Shown: positions 10,441-20,129, counted from the first letter of the stretch. The stretch is DNA of 64,000 nucleotides from a virus (IMGVR_UViG_3300032038_000001:1-64000), one strand, 5' to 3'. Numbers and translations: made by a program. Notes: generated by a model from the letters alone, not told the origin.

Positions 10441-11721
10441 TTATAACATTTTGTTTCGTATAAAACCGATAGCTAATGTATTATCCTTTTCTTCTTCGCT
10501 CATATTTGGTACTTTTTTAATTAACTCTTTATAATCATGCTCAAGAGTTTTTTGTATCACTGTTTTACCAACATATTTAGCAGAGAACTCATCAGCTTCT
10601 AGTTCGACAAGTAAATATAAGAGTAAGTCATCATCTTTTAATTTACTTTTATCTGTATCAACAAACCTCAGGTATTTCCTTACTCTTCTTCTTATTTTTT
10701 TATCAAGTTTATATTCGTCACGATAATGAACTGTTCCAAGATGACCATTTATTATGTGCCCATATTCATGATAAAGAATAGCTTCTTGGCTGGCTCTTGG
10801 CATCTTTTTAAAACTCTTATCAAAATATACTCTCGGACTTTTAAATCCCGTAGTAAATTCAGATTCAATATACCTATCAGTTTCATATAAATCAATCTTG
10901 AATCCTAGTATATCAACTGTATCCACTTTAGTTGCATGTTTTTCAATAGTCTCATATTTATATTGTCTTTTGATAACAACTGTATTTGAGGCATCTTCAA
11001 CGGATGACTTCAATACATTATGAATATTCGAAAAAAGAAATTCTACATTTAAAATTAACATATGGGTTTTTGTTTGTATATAAGTCTGTATTGATTTAAT
11101 AAATCTTTTAAATATTCCCAAATGATTCTCATTTATATTTTCAGATTTGTCCAATTTAGAAACAATATCTTTTGTAGATTTAACTATTTTATCAATTTCT
11201 TTGTCAATGTCACTAACCACAGCTTCACAATTTGATAATGCATCAGATATAGTTACGTCATGGATGTTTTTATCAGTGGAATCAATATTTTTATAGTATG
11301 AATTCATTAAATTAGTAATCCATGGTTCATCAAGTTTTTCAATTCTATACGCAATGTTATTACATATTTTAATATCAAAATCAAGATTATCTTTGTAATC
11401 TGAAAATAATCTGTATTTTATTTTTTTCTTTCCTAATTTAGGATTCTTTTTTATCAATCGTTTTATTACTTTAATATTATTATTAATATTTCTTTTATCA
11501 TTATATAAAGAAATTATCCTAACTGCATTATTAGCATAAACCGAAAGAGCATTTATAAAACGTTGAAAAAGAGATTTTATCTTAGTTCCTATGTCTCTAA
11601 CCGATTCAATATATAAATCATGCTCTTCTTCCTTTATTAGAGCAAGCTCGAGCATTTCGTTAAACTGTTCCCTATTTTTAACAAGAAGGATTTCACTTTC
11701 TTGACATATGAAACTACTCAT
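10441..11721 (-). CDS. Inner-head-family protein with C-terminal zincin metallopeptidase domain
   Basis: N-terminal LYIES plus the amphipathic helix of the paralogous family; HEYGH...ELEAD zinc-binding motif. Confidence 0.6.
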   Translation of the reverse strand: MSSFICQESEILLVKNREQFNEMLELALIKEEEHDLYIESVRDIGTKIKSLFQRFINALSVYANNAVRIISLYNDKRNINNNIKVIKRLIKKNPKLGKKKIKYRLFSDYKDNLDFDIKICNNIAYRIEKLDEPWITNLMNSYYKNIDSTDKNIHDVTISDALSNCEAVVSDIDKEIDKIVKSTKDIVSKLDKSENINENHLGIFKRFIKSIQTYIQTKTHMLILNVEFLFSNIHNVLKSSVEDASNTVVIKRQYKYETIEKHATKVDTVDILGFKIDLYETDRYIESEFTTGFKSPRVYFDKSFKKMPRASQEAILYHEYGHIINGHLGTVHYRDEYKLDKKIRRRVRKYLRFVDTDKSKLKDDDLLLYLLVELEADEFSAKYVGKTVIQKTLEHDYKELIKKVPNMSEEEKDNTLAIGFIRNKML

Positions 11722-11815
11722 TGATTTTACCTTCTTTCTAAAAAAAATAATTAATTAACTGTCGTAAAGAAAAAAAATAAGGACGCTGAACTTTTACATT
11801 CAGCGTCCTTGAAAA

Positions 11816-12373
11816 TTATTTTATAAAACACTCGTCAGTTTGAAATTGACGATGATTGATGTTTATAGTGCATCGTCTGCGGTCATCTAACACCTCATCT
11901 TTGGATAGATACTTCCAAACACCTGATATTAAGAACCATCCGTCTTTTAATACACGATCATCCTCATGTATTCGGAAGTTTATCATATCTCCAATAATAT
12001 TTCCTCCATTAGTATCGCACGAATAATTATACCGTAAGTACATATCGAATACTCCGAGCGATTTCCGGATTGCTTCAAAGTCTTTAGCTATTATATGATA
12101 GAAACCAGCATTATTGGCTTTGAATGTTACATCATTGAGCATGTCAGTAACAGTGTCCACCGGAATCCCAGTATATTTTGTGAATTCCGGTTCATCATCA
12201 GCAATGGCATCTGTTTTGTCATCGTTAGTTTCCACTAGCATCGCATCGTTCAGTTTGACATCATCAGAAGCCTCTTCTGGATGCTTTTTACGTCGCATTA
12301 ATGCAAAAATGCTTAATCCAGCGATAATACCAGTAACGCTAAATCCTAATGTTATTTTAGTTCTCTTTTTCAT
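11816..12373 (-). CDS. Early membrane-anchored protein (paralog 1)
   Basis: SD aggagg and ATG at 12373 (MKKRTKITLG...); N-terminal TM helix; shares PEFTKYTGI, AKDFEAIR.SLGVFD and DGWFL.SG.W.YLSKDEVLDD with paralog 2. Confidence 0.8.
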   Translation of the reverse strand: MKKRTKITLGFSVTGIIAGLSIFALMRRKKHPEEASDDVKLNDAMLVETNDDKTDAIADDEPEFTKYTGIPVDTVTDMLNDVTFKANNAGFYHIIAKDFEAIRKSLGVFDMYLRYNYSCDTNGGNIIGDMINFRIHEDDRVLKDGWFLISGVWKYLSKDEVLDDRRRCTININHRQFQTDECFIK

Positions 12374-12397
12374 GATATTGTACCTCCTTGTGTACAT

Positions 12398-12583
12398 ATA
12401 CTCTGTTTTATTGACTGTGGATAACAGAGGGAACGTATAAAAGTTCCGAGAAACCACTTATTGATGTTTATGTAATAATTCATATAAAACTTAACCTGAT
12501 AACTTTGCTATGAAGTTAGGGTAGGTAATTATATATTTTATTACATTAATATGATATATATATGAAAATAAAATTAAGTTTAT
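12398..12583 (-). promoter_or_regulatory. Conserved early promoter + hairpin + pseudoknot leader, copy 1
   Basis: TATATATCAT promoter, long hairpin at 12471-12545 and pseudoknot at 12401-12457. Confidence 0.75.
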
Positions 12584-12723
12584 GGTTTTATAATAAAAAA
12601 ATAGTATACCATATAAAAATCATGTTCTTCTTCATTTATTAGAGCAAGTTTGAGAATTTCGTTTAACTGTTTCCTATTTTTAACAAGAATAATCTCACTT
12701 TTTTGACATATGAAACTACTCAT
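12580..12723 (-). pseudogene. Truncated duplicate of the 5' end of the 10441-11721 gene
   Basis: MSSFICQKSEIILVKNRKQLNEILKLALINEEEHD versus MSSFICQESEILLVKNREQFNEMLELALIKEEEHD, after which it diverges and stops. Confidence 0.8.
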
Positions 12724-12788
12724 CGATTTTACTTTCTTTCTAAAAAAATAAGGACGCTGAACTTTTACATTCAGCGTCCTTGAAAAAT

Positions 12789-13322
12789 TTAAATTATAGA
12801 ACACTCGTTAGTATCATAGAGTCGTTCTCTGCACTGAGCGACACGGATATAGTCATCCAAGACTTCATCTTTGGACAGATACTGCCATTTTCCTGAAACA
12901 AGGAACCATCCGTCATTAGAGACGCAGAAATCCTTTTCTATACGGAAGGATATCATTTCTCCATATACTTTTTCTTTCCAGTACCCGTAGTTATCATGTA
13001 TATAAATATCGAATACTCCAAGTGATTCTCTGATCGCTTCAAAGTCTTTCGCTTCTATATAATAACCATTTCTGTCATTTTTCTTTGTCACCGCATTGAG
13101 CATGTTAGTAACATGCTCCACTGAAATCCCAGTGTATTTTGTGAATTCTGGAACCTGATTTTCCGATGCAGAATCTTTTACATCGTTTGTCATCTCATCT
13201 TCGCTAAACTCAGCATCGAAAGCTTGCTTAGCAAGTTTCCGCTGTTTCAGGATTGTAAAAATAGATAAACCTGAAAGTCCTGCAACGCCAACGCCTATAC
13301 CTATTTTAACTGCTTTTTTCAT
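12789..13322 (-). CDS. Early membrane-anchored protein (paralog 2)
   Basis: SD aaggagg and ATG at 13322 (MKKAVKIGIG...); TM helix; paralog of 11816-12373. Confidence 0.8.
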   Translation of the reverse strand: MKKAVKIGIGVGVAGLSGLSIFTILKQRKLAKQAFDAEFSEDEMTNDVKDSASENQVPEFTKYTGISVEHVTNMLNAVTKKNDRNGYYIEAKDFEAIRESLGVFDIYIHDNYGYWKEKVYGEMISFRIEKDFCVSNDGWFLVSGKWQYLSKDEVLDDYIRVAQCRERLYDTNECSII

Positions 13323-13346
13323 AATAAGTACCTCCTTATTGTACTT

Positions 13347-13530
13347 ATACTCTGTTTTATTGACTGTGGTAAACAGAGGGAACATAGAAGTTCTGAGAAA
13401 CCACATTATTGTTTTTATGTAACATGATATATATAACTTAACCTGATACCTTCACTATGAAGTTAGGGTAAGTTATTATATATCTTATTACACGGAGATA
13501 GTATATATATGAAATTATTAAGTTTACGGT
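13347..13530 (-). promoter_or_regulatory. Conserved early promoter + hairpin + pseudoknot leader, copy 2
   Basis: Same blocks as copies 1 and 3. Confidence 0.75.
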
Positions 13531-13616
13531 TATAAGAATAAAAAATATTATACCATTTTATATTCTGACAAACTTCTATTTAAAGATTCTAATTAGTTAA
13601 AAGGATGGTGAAAAAA

Positions 13617-13877
13617 ATGAGTACAAGTATTATTTCTACACTGGTTGAGTGTAAGAATTATAAAGATAAGATTATTCCAAAGATTACCAGTTCATTAGAA
13701 GATAAGGGATTTAATGTATCATCTTCTTCTAATAATGAGATATTTATCGAAACTGATGATCTAACTAAAATTAATTCTATTATATCTGATATGGATATTC
13801 CATCAGAAGTCAAGAATGTTATTATTGACACTTATAAGACCAAAGAAGGAGTATACATTAGACTTAAGTTTAAGTAA
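13617..13877 (+). CDS. Hypothetical protein
   Basis: ORF with SD and a downstream terminator at 13882-13912. Confidence 0.65.
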   Translation: MSTSIISTLVECKNYKDKIIPKITSSLEDKGFNVSSSSNNEIFIETDDLTKINSIISDMDIPSEVKNVIIDTYKTKEGVYIRLKFK

Positions 13878-13920
13878 AAAAAAGAGCGCTGTATTTATTC
13901 ATACAGCGCTCTTAGTATTT

Positions 13921-14322
13921 TTATTCGTATATCACCCCCTGACCATTAAAGGCTCCAAAGGTCGCGCTTAATACGCGACCTTTGAATTTTTCACCACTAA
14001 ATACTAGTCGACTAGTATTCACTGGCTTTCCCTCTTCTGATACCGATAACGTTATATGTGGAACTGGGATTTTTTCATATAACTCTCTCAGCTGTTCTTT
14101 CAGGTGTTCTTTTGTCTCCCCATAGAGCTCCACGGAGAGACCTTCGTTCTCTCCATCGTTACCATATCCGGTAACAATGAAGAAAGCCTTCTCTCCATAG
14201 AGCTCAGGGTGTGGGTTCTCCGGTCTAAAATCTGTAGTTATATGCTGGTTTTTTACCAGCTTATCCAGAGATCCCTCTAATCCGGATATAAAGAAACCTT
14301 CGTATATTACGTTATTTTTCAT
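13921..14322 (-). CDS. 2H phosphoesterase (two HxT motifs)
   Basis: QHITTDF and PHITLSV about 60 aa apart; SD aggagg and ATG at 14322. Confidence 0.75.
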   Translation of the reverse strand: MKNNVIYEGFFISGLEGSLDKLVKNQHITTDFRPENPHPELYGEKAFFIVTGYGNDGENEGLSVELYGETKEHLKEQLRELYEKIPVPHITLSVSEEGKPVNTSRLVFSGEKFKGRVLSATFGAFNGQGVIYE

Positions 14323-14341
14323 AAGATTACCTCCTGTAATC

Positions 14342-14530
14342 ATACTCTGTTTTATTGACTGTGGTAAACAGAAGGAACATACAAAGTTCCGAGAAACCAC
14401 GTAATTATTTTCATGTAATAATCTATATATATAAAACTTAACCTGATACCTTCGCTATGAAGTTAGGGTAAGATATTATATATCTTATTACACTAAGATT
14501 ATATATACATGAAAAAAATCAGTTTACGAT
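14342..14530 (-). promoter_or_regulatory. Conserved early promoter + hairpin + pseudoknot leader, copy 3
   Basis: Same blocks as copies 1 and 2, but in front of an unrelated gene. Confidence 0.75.
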
Positions 14531-14587
14531 TTTATAATAAAATAAGGGCTTACGTCAGAAAATCTGACGTAAGCCCTTAATAACTTA

Positions 14588-15217
14588 TTACGGATTAAGT
14601 AAGTCTGGATATGTTGCCCAATACTCTGGTTCATCTATTTGATATACTGGCAGTCCTAAAAATGGTTGATTATCATTTACTATTGCATTAATTGTTATTG
14701 TATCAAATGCTTCAGTACTGGTCATTTCAACATACCAGCCGTCTTTTAATTCATGATGATTTTCTATTTTATATATCATCCGAAAACCATAACCCGATCC
14801 TATCATTGGATTATTAAATCCGATTTTTTCAGGTGGATTTTCTGATGTCTTCTCCCAATAAATATAAATAGGACTACATTTTTGTATACGTGATTTAGTA
14901 CGAATCTGTTTCTGGGTATTTATATACCTTACATACTCATCCACAATTTCATCGAGTAATTCTGATGATGACTTATGGTTGTCCCTTTCACAAATATATA
15001 TATATCTTTCCAGCATTACTTTGAGCAAGCCAATATCTTCAATCTCACATTCTTTATTAGCTATTTTTTTAATTAAAAGCTGAAATATTTGATAACGTTT
15101 TTCATCATTGATGAAAATACCCGTTCGTACGAGAGTACTAAAATCAGCCTTATTTAACTCAAACTTTGCACCATCTACTGAACTTACGATTGGAGTACCA
15201 TTTTTTGTCATTTTCAT
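14588..15217 (-). CDS. Hypothetical early protein
   Basis: 209-aa ORF with SD gaaagga and early promoter at 15282-15291. Confidence 0.65.
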   Translation of the reverse strand: MKMTKNGTPIVSSVDGAKFELNKADFSTLVRTGIFINDEKRYQIFQLLIKKIANKECEIEDIGLLKVMLERYIYICERDNHKSSSELLDEIVDEYVRYINTQKQIRTKSRIQKCSPIYIYWEKTSENPPEKIGFNNPMIGSGYGFRMIYKIENHHELKDGWYVEMTSTEAFDTITINAIVNDNQPFLGLPVYQIDEPEYWATYPDLLNP

Positions 15218-15356
15218 AATTTTATCATCCTTTCAGATTTTAAAAAAGATTATATATAAACCTTAGTGTTTATACAAATAAATATTATATAATTCCAGAT
15301 GAAAATTCAGCATAGATAGTTCTCTTAATGTTATAAAATCATACGAGAGGTATCCA

Positions 15357-16034
15357 TTAAAGTTCAGTATATGATAATTCACTTAATGTTATAAAATCAT
15401 ATGTCAGATATCCATCAGTATTATATGATTTAGATTTTGGCACGAATTCTTTACAAAATGGTTTTTCACAGTCGAAATTATGATAACGTAGTTTTTCTAC
15501 AGAATTTATATATATACCACCATTTATATATTTAGGGTCTCTACTATAAAATTCAAAACCATGCAAAAAGGTATCAGCAGCATATTCTTTAATAAATCTC
15601 GTCTTTTCATTAGTATTATTGAACTCTATCTGAACCTGGGGATGTACTAGTGTCAGCTCTATCTTATCAACATATCTCATCAATTCATTATATATTGATG
15701 CTCCACCTATAACATATGTGTTTTTATTAAATAACTCGGGTAGATTATTTATTTTCTCTTTAAGCATATCCATAGACATAAATGTTATTTTAGTAGAAAA
15801 CTCATCGTCAAAATCTTTATATTTTTTATTCATTTCGATATATTGATTAGTTATTACTATATTATTTCGTGATATTAAAGGTTTACCAATACTTTCGAAT
15901 GTTTTTCGTCCCATTATGACAGTTTTATTCCATGTCAATAAACGAAACCGTTTCATATCTTCGGTAATATGATATAGCAGTTTACCTTTATATCCAATAC
16001 CCCAGTTTTTGTCAACACATACTATCATTATCAT
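15357..16034 (-). CDS. folA: Dihydrofolate reductase
   Basis: IG..GKL....EDMKRFR.LT, VIMGRKTFESIGKPL..R.NIVIT and VIGGASIY motifs. Confidence 0.93.
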   Translation of the reverse strand: MIMIVCVDKNWGIGYKGKLLYHITEDMKRFRLLTWNKTVIMGRKTFESIGKPLISRNNIVITNQYIEMNKKYKDFDDEFSTKITFMSMDMLKEKINNLPELFNKNTYVIGGASIYNELMRYVDKIELTLVHPQVQIEFNNTNEKTRFIKEYAADTFLHGFEFYSRDPKYINGGIYINSVEKLRYHNFDCEKPFCKEFVPKSKSYNTDGYLTYDFITLSELSYTEL

Positions 16035-16046
16035 GATATTTCCCCC

Positions 16047-16919
16047 TTAAATGGCTATTTCAAATTTTGGAACTGGTGTGGTGCAATATACATAATCTTC
16101 TATTTTGAATGAATCTGTTGTAAAATCTTTGAAATCCTTTATATCAGGATCTAAAATAACTTTAGGTGCATCTGGATATGCTGGTCTTCCAACAAGTTCA
16201 GTTATGATTGGAATATGCCTATCATAGATATGACAATCTGCAATAACATGAAGAAGTTCTCCGGGAATCATATCTGATACCTGTGCAATCATCATCATGA
16301 GGCCTGCATATTGAACTACGTTCCAATTATTAGCAGCAAGCATATCTTGACTTCTTTGATTAAGAACCATGTTGAGAATTGGCTTGTCATAACCTTCATC
16401 GGTAACATTAAATGTACAGCTCCAACAGCATGGTTGTAAATTCATCTCATGTAAATCATTAAAATTTAACATTGATGTCATTATTCTTCTACTATACGGA
16501 TCATGTTTTAAATCATATAAAACTGCTTCCATTTGATCCATATATATCATTGCCTTATAACCGTTAGGGGTATCTACTGCTCTAAGAATGTTTTTTAATC
16601 CTATTTGATAGCCGTATGCTTTTCCGATACTACCATCCTCATCTGCCCATTCATCCCATACATGAGGTTTTAAATCATTAATGTTATTAGATTTTCTTTG
16701 ATAAATCCATAACACCTCATCAATCGCACTTTTAATAGCAATTCGTCTTAGAGTGATAGCAGGAAATTCTTTTCTCAAGTCATAACGATTGACAATACCA
16801 AATTTTTTTATTACAGTTGCTTGAGTTCCATCTGGCCAAACTGGTCGTACTTTTACGCACTCACCGTTTTTAAGAATATCTCGAACATTGTTTTCGAAAA
16901 TTTTGTCAGCATAACTCAT
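16047..16919 (-). CDS. thyA: Thymidylate synthase
   Basis: WDEWADEDG.IGKAYGYQ, PYSRRI, LQPC, QRSQD...N and DCHIYDRH motifs. Confidence 0.95.
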   Translation of the reverse strand: MSYADKIFENNVRDILKNGECVKVRPVWPDGTQATVIKKFGIVNRYDLRKEFPAITLRRIAIKSAIDEVLWIYQRKSNNINDLKPHVWDEWADEDGSIGKAYGYQIGLKNILRAVDTPNGYKAMIYMDQMEAVLYDLKHDPYSRRIMTSMLNFNDLHEMNLQPCCWSCTFNVTDEGYDKPILNMVLNQRSQDMLAANNWNVVQYAGLMMMIAQVSDMIPGELLHVIADCHIYDRHIPIITELVGRPAYPDAPKVILDPDIKDFKDFTTDSFKIEDYVYCTTPVPKFEIAI

Positions 16920-17007
16920 ATATTTTTCTCCTTTGTTAAAAAAATATTTTTAACACTTGTTTTTAAGTGTTAAAAATTTGTAGAACTCTCTATAAAAACC
17001 TACAGAA

Positions 17008-17019
17008 AACATATAAATA
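17008..17019 (+). promoter_or_regulatory. Late promoter AACA-N6-TA
   Basis: AACA TATAAA TA upstream of the structural operon. Confidence 0.7.
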
Positions 17020-17065
17020 AATGACATAATTTTTCTATAAAAAAATATTTAAAGGAGGTTTTAAT

Positions 17066-18382
17066 ATGGGAATGATTGACGAGATTTCGGCTTTATTGCG
17101 TCAAGGTGTTAATGCTGCAAATAATGTAATGCAATATGGTCCGTCGATAACTTCTCAAATTGATGCTATTAAACCAAATACAAAATCAATAGTTAGAGGG
17201 GCTAAGGATGCGACATTCCAATTTCCCTGTTTAATATCGGATACAATTCCTATTGATTTAGCTAATACATTAGTTAGAACACTCGATAGAGTTTATGCTG
17301 ATTTAACTCAAACATGGATTTCAATGCATCCTATAATGGACATGTCTTTAGATCCTACCCCTATGTCTTACTTAAAAAGACTTCACCAGAATATCAGACT
17401 TGAATCTGTCCAGGAAGATAATGGTGAAATTTTTGAGAAGTGCGTTGAAGAAGCCTATAATGGTGAGGCACTTCTTTTTATGAATAAAAACAAAACATGT
17501 GGTATGCTCATCAGTGGTGCTGATAATGCATCTAAAGCTATGTTAGAATCACATAGAGAATATTTAAGAGAATATCTTTCTGAATATGACATAGCCCCGT
17601 TTGCAGAAGCTGATAGTGATATGACTAATGCATATGACCTTGCTAATAATATAATGGACAGTAGGCTTAATCAAGTCGAGAAAGATAAAAGAAGAGATAA
17701 TATGCTCTTTACTCAGAAGAGAGAAGCTCCGAAGCTTCTTGATAGAGATGTAAAGAAGTCTAATGATATAACACCTTATGGTATTCAAGTTAGACTTATT
17801 GCAAAAAATGAAAAAAATGAATTTTTCCAATACATCGACTTTGTTGTTGGTGTTAAAGCAGTCATGCACCCTATTAGATCTGATGAAATCATTACGAATA
17901 TTCAAAGATCTATACAGAACAAGAGTGTGGTATTTAAGTTTTTAAGATGGACAACTGGTGAAATTTCATTATTCAAAAATATAATCCTTAATATGGATGA
18001 ACTTAAGATGGATGCATCAAACAGAAATAATCGTTGGTTCCCAACTCTTCGCAGATTAAAAAAGAGAAAGTTTGGACTCCACGATATTACTGTTCCTCAT
18101 GGGGTAATACCTAATGCTACATTAGCAATTTCTTCATATGAAGCTGATTATTTAGAAAATAATCTCTCTATTAATGTTAGAGATGCTAATGTTGCTAAAA
18201 GAGTTATGAATAATTTATTCTTGGTAGCATTTGTTATTATTGATGAAGCTACTGGAACTCTTAATATACTCTACGATGGTGATAGTGCATATCAGACATA
18301 TTCACTTGAAATGCTTGAAAGAGAAAATACTATGTCTTCCAACAAGCTCGGTAGAGAAATTGGTAGAATGATTAGTCATTAA
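17066..18382 (+). CDS. Virion structural protein (jumbo-phage head family)
   Basis: 438 aa; FLRWTTGEISLFK motif; heads a late-promoter operon. Confidence 0.6.
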   Translation: MGMIDEISALLRQGVNAANNVMQYGPSITSQIDAIKPNTKSIVRGAKDATFQFPCLISDTIPIDLANTLVRTLDRVYADLTQTWISMHPIMDMSLDPTPMSYLKRLHQNIRLESVQEDNGEIFEKCVEEAYNGEALLFMNKNKTCGMLISGADNASKAMLESHREYLREYLSEYDIAPFAEADSDMTNAYDLANNIMDSRLNQVEKDKRRDNMLFTQKREAPKLLDRDVKKSNDITPYGIQVRLIAKNEKNEFFQYIDFVVGVKAVMHPIRSDEIITNIQRSIQNKSVVFKFLRWTTGEISLFKNIILNMDELKMDASNRNNRWFPTLRRLKKRKFGLHDITVPHGVIPNATLAISSYEADYLENNLSINVRDANVAKRVMNNLFLVAFVIIDEATGTLNILYDGDSAYQTYSLEMLERENTMSSNKLGREIGRMISH

Positions 18383-18398
18383 GAAGGAGGGAGAAATA

Positions 18399-19415
18399 AT
18401 GGGTTTTAATCCGCTTTTTGAATCAGTTGATATTCTCGTTAAGGAAAGAGATAAGCTTCATTATGGCTATGAGTTTGAAAGAGTTCAGTCAATACTTGAA
18501 GATGCTAATTCTCCTATAACAAAAAAATATCAAGAGAAATTATTTCAATCAGTAATAGATAAGGGTCACATTAATTTCGGTGATATACCTAAATCTGCTG
18601 GTAATATAAAAGCATATAAGGGTTATCCTAATATGATTCAGGTTCTCGATACTCTCAGTGCTCTCGCAGTTGATCAAAAGAATAATGTAGTATTAGAATA
18701 TACTAAAATAGTTCAAAAAGCTATTAGTAATATCGAGATGCTTTCAGCAACATATGCCAAGGGTTTTAGCTCTAAGGTTGACTATGTAATTCTCGAATAT
18801 AATACATATGTGTATACTTGTGTTGAGGCTACAACAACTCTTCTTTACACATTTGTAGATTATATGAAGAGACCTGATCAGGACATAATGACAATAGAAC
18901 TTAAAAATTCTACATTAAGAGCAGACTTATTCTATATTGAGCAGCTGAAAAAGTTTAATAATGTAAACGAGAAGATGGGTATTGATTATCGTAAAATGCT
19001 TGAAAGTCTTTGTTCTAAAGGAAGAAACAACTTCCTTGGTGCCGAGATGGTTGTAGGTGTTGCTGCCGTGTCGGTTGCTGCTATGGCAATTGTACCTATT
19101 ACACGTGAACTTATTTATCGTTTTTATCATATGAGAGAAAATATAGCTAGTTCATTAGAGATGCAGGCTGCATTTTTGGAGATGAATGCTGCATCTGTAA
19201 AATCTAATGATACTCTCACGGCTGATAAAAAGAAACTTGTTCTCGAGAGACAAAAAAAACTCAAAAACAAACTTATTAAACTTGCTGATAAGATTAGAAT
19301 TAAAAATGTTAAATCTAGTCAGAGTTCTTCAAAAGACTTGAAAGATAGTAATAAATTATTAACTCTTGATAGTCTTCGTGATGATGTTTCAAATTCTCCT
19401 TTTGAACTCGTTTAG
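18399..19415 (+). CDS. Virion structural protein with hydrophobic segment
   Basis: NFGDIPKSAGNI motif; MVVGVAAVSVAAMAIVPITRELIY segment. Confidence 0.55.
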   Translation: MGFNPLFESVDILVKERDKLHYGYEFERVQSILEDANSPITKKYQEKLFQSVIDKGHINFGDIPKSAGNIKAYKGYPNMIQVLDTLSALAVDQKNNVVLEYTKIVQKAISNIEMLSATYAKGFSSKVDYVILEYNTYVYTCVEATTTLLYTFVDYMKRPDQDIMTIELKNSTLRADLFYIEQLKKFNNVNEKMGIDYRKMLESLCSKGRNNFLGAEMVVGVAAVSVAAMAIVPITRELIYRFYHMRENIASSLEMQAAFLEMNAASVKSNDTLTADKKKLVLERQKKLKNKLIKLADKIRIKNVKSSQSSSKDLKDSNKLLTLDSLRDDVSNSPFELV

Positions 19416-19433
19416 AAAAGGGGGTAACAAAGT

Positions 19434-20117
19434 ATGAATTATGATTTAGATATTTTAAATAATAAATGGATTGAAAAGTGTAATGAAAGCAAAACACCTG
19501 CAGAAACTTTTGCTATAGTTACGAATTTCATGTCTGTATTTAAGAAAAATATAAGTAGTTTTTTCTTACTAATAGACAATTCCGATAGAATACGAAAAAT
19601 ATATTCGGATATAAAGGAAAATAAATTCCCTAATAAAACAGTATGCTGTGTTGATATTCGTAATGTAACTAGTATTTATACTGAATATAATACTGGTATG
19701 CTCGAATTCATCTCAGAAATTATTAAAAATGCAAATATCAATTGTGATAATATAGATAACAATGCATTTTATAATGAGTCGTTAGATAAAGCATGTGCAA
19801 AAGATAGTGAATTCATAAAGTCATTGTTTGATGATAGTAAATGTGAACAACGTAATCTGTCTGATGCAATGTACAACTTTGAGTATCTTATTGATTTTAC
19901 AGATGTTATTGATAAGCTTATCGCATCTTCACGAGCTATTGTGAATGTCATTGACACAATTGATTCTGAACTTATAAATAGAAGTATCAAACTTTTATGT
20001 TGTTCTATGATGACATTTGTTTATACTGCTATTAAAAATATGATTAATACATTTAGTAAAGTTACTGGTTCAATGAACAGCGAGGAACAACCAAAGGTAA
20101 ATTTTCAACTCTTTTAA
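19434..20117 (+). CDS. Hypothetical helical protein
   Basis: In the operon with an SD. Confidence 0.6.
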   Translation: MNYDLDILNNKWIEKCNESKTPAETFAIVTNFMSVFKKNISSFFLLIDNSDRIRKIYSDIKENKFPNKTVCCVDIRNVTSIYTEYNTGMLEFISEIIKNANINCDNIDNNAFYNESLDKACAKDSEFIKSLFDDSKCEQRNLSDAMYNFEYLIDFTDVIDKLIASSRAIVNVIDTIDSELINRSIKLLCCSMMTFVYTAIKNMINTFSKVTGSMNSEEQPKVNFQLF

Positions 20118-20129
20118 GGGGTGATAAAC

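Larger units (their letters stand above)
11630..13530. repeat. Diverged tandem duplication (~0.95 kb unit: gene start, terminator, membrane-protein gene, leader)
   Basis: 11630-11815 is near-identical to 12620-12787, including the terminator aaggacgctgaa/ttcagcgtcctt. The downstream genes and leaders are paralogous. Confidence 0.85.

Noticed and set aside
12374-14400. Shared N-terminal peptides (MVSRNF.../MWFLRT...TVNKTEY) in the ORF-track calls 11816-12457, 12789-13406 and 13921-14400
   Set aside because: They are translations of the conserved non-coding leader in inconsistent frames. The true starts follow aggagg at 12373, 13322 and 14322.
12398-14530. CRISPR array or insertion-sequence ends
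   Set aside because: The repeats are ~185 bp, lie ~1 kb apart and are separated by whole genes. There is no cas or transposase gene.
16047-16919. dCMP hydroxymethylase (modified-base pathway)
   Set aside because: Asn is present at the dUMP-specificity position (D+8 in QRSQDMLAANNWN), and the gene pairs with DHFR.
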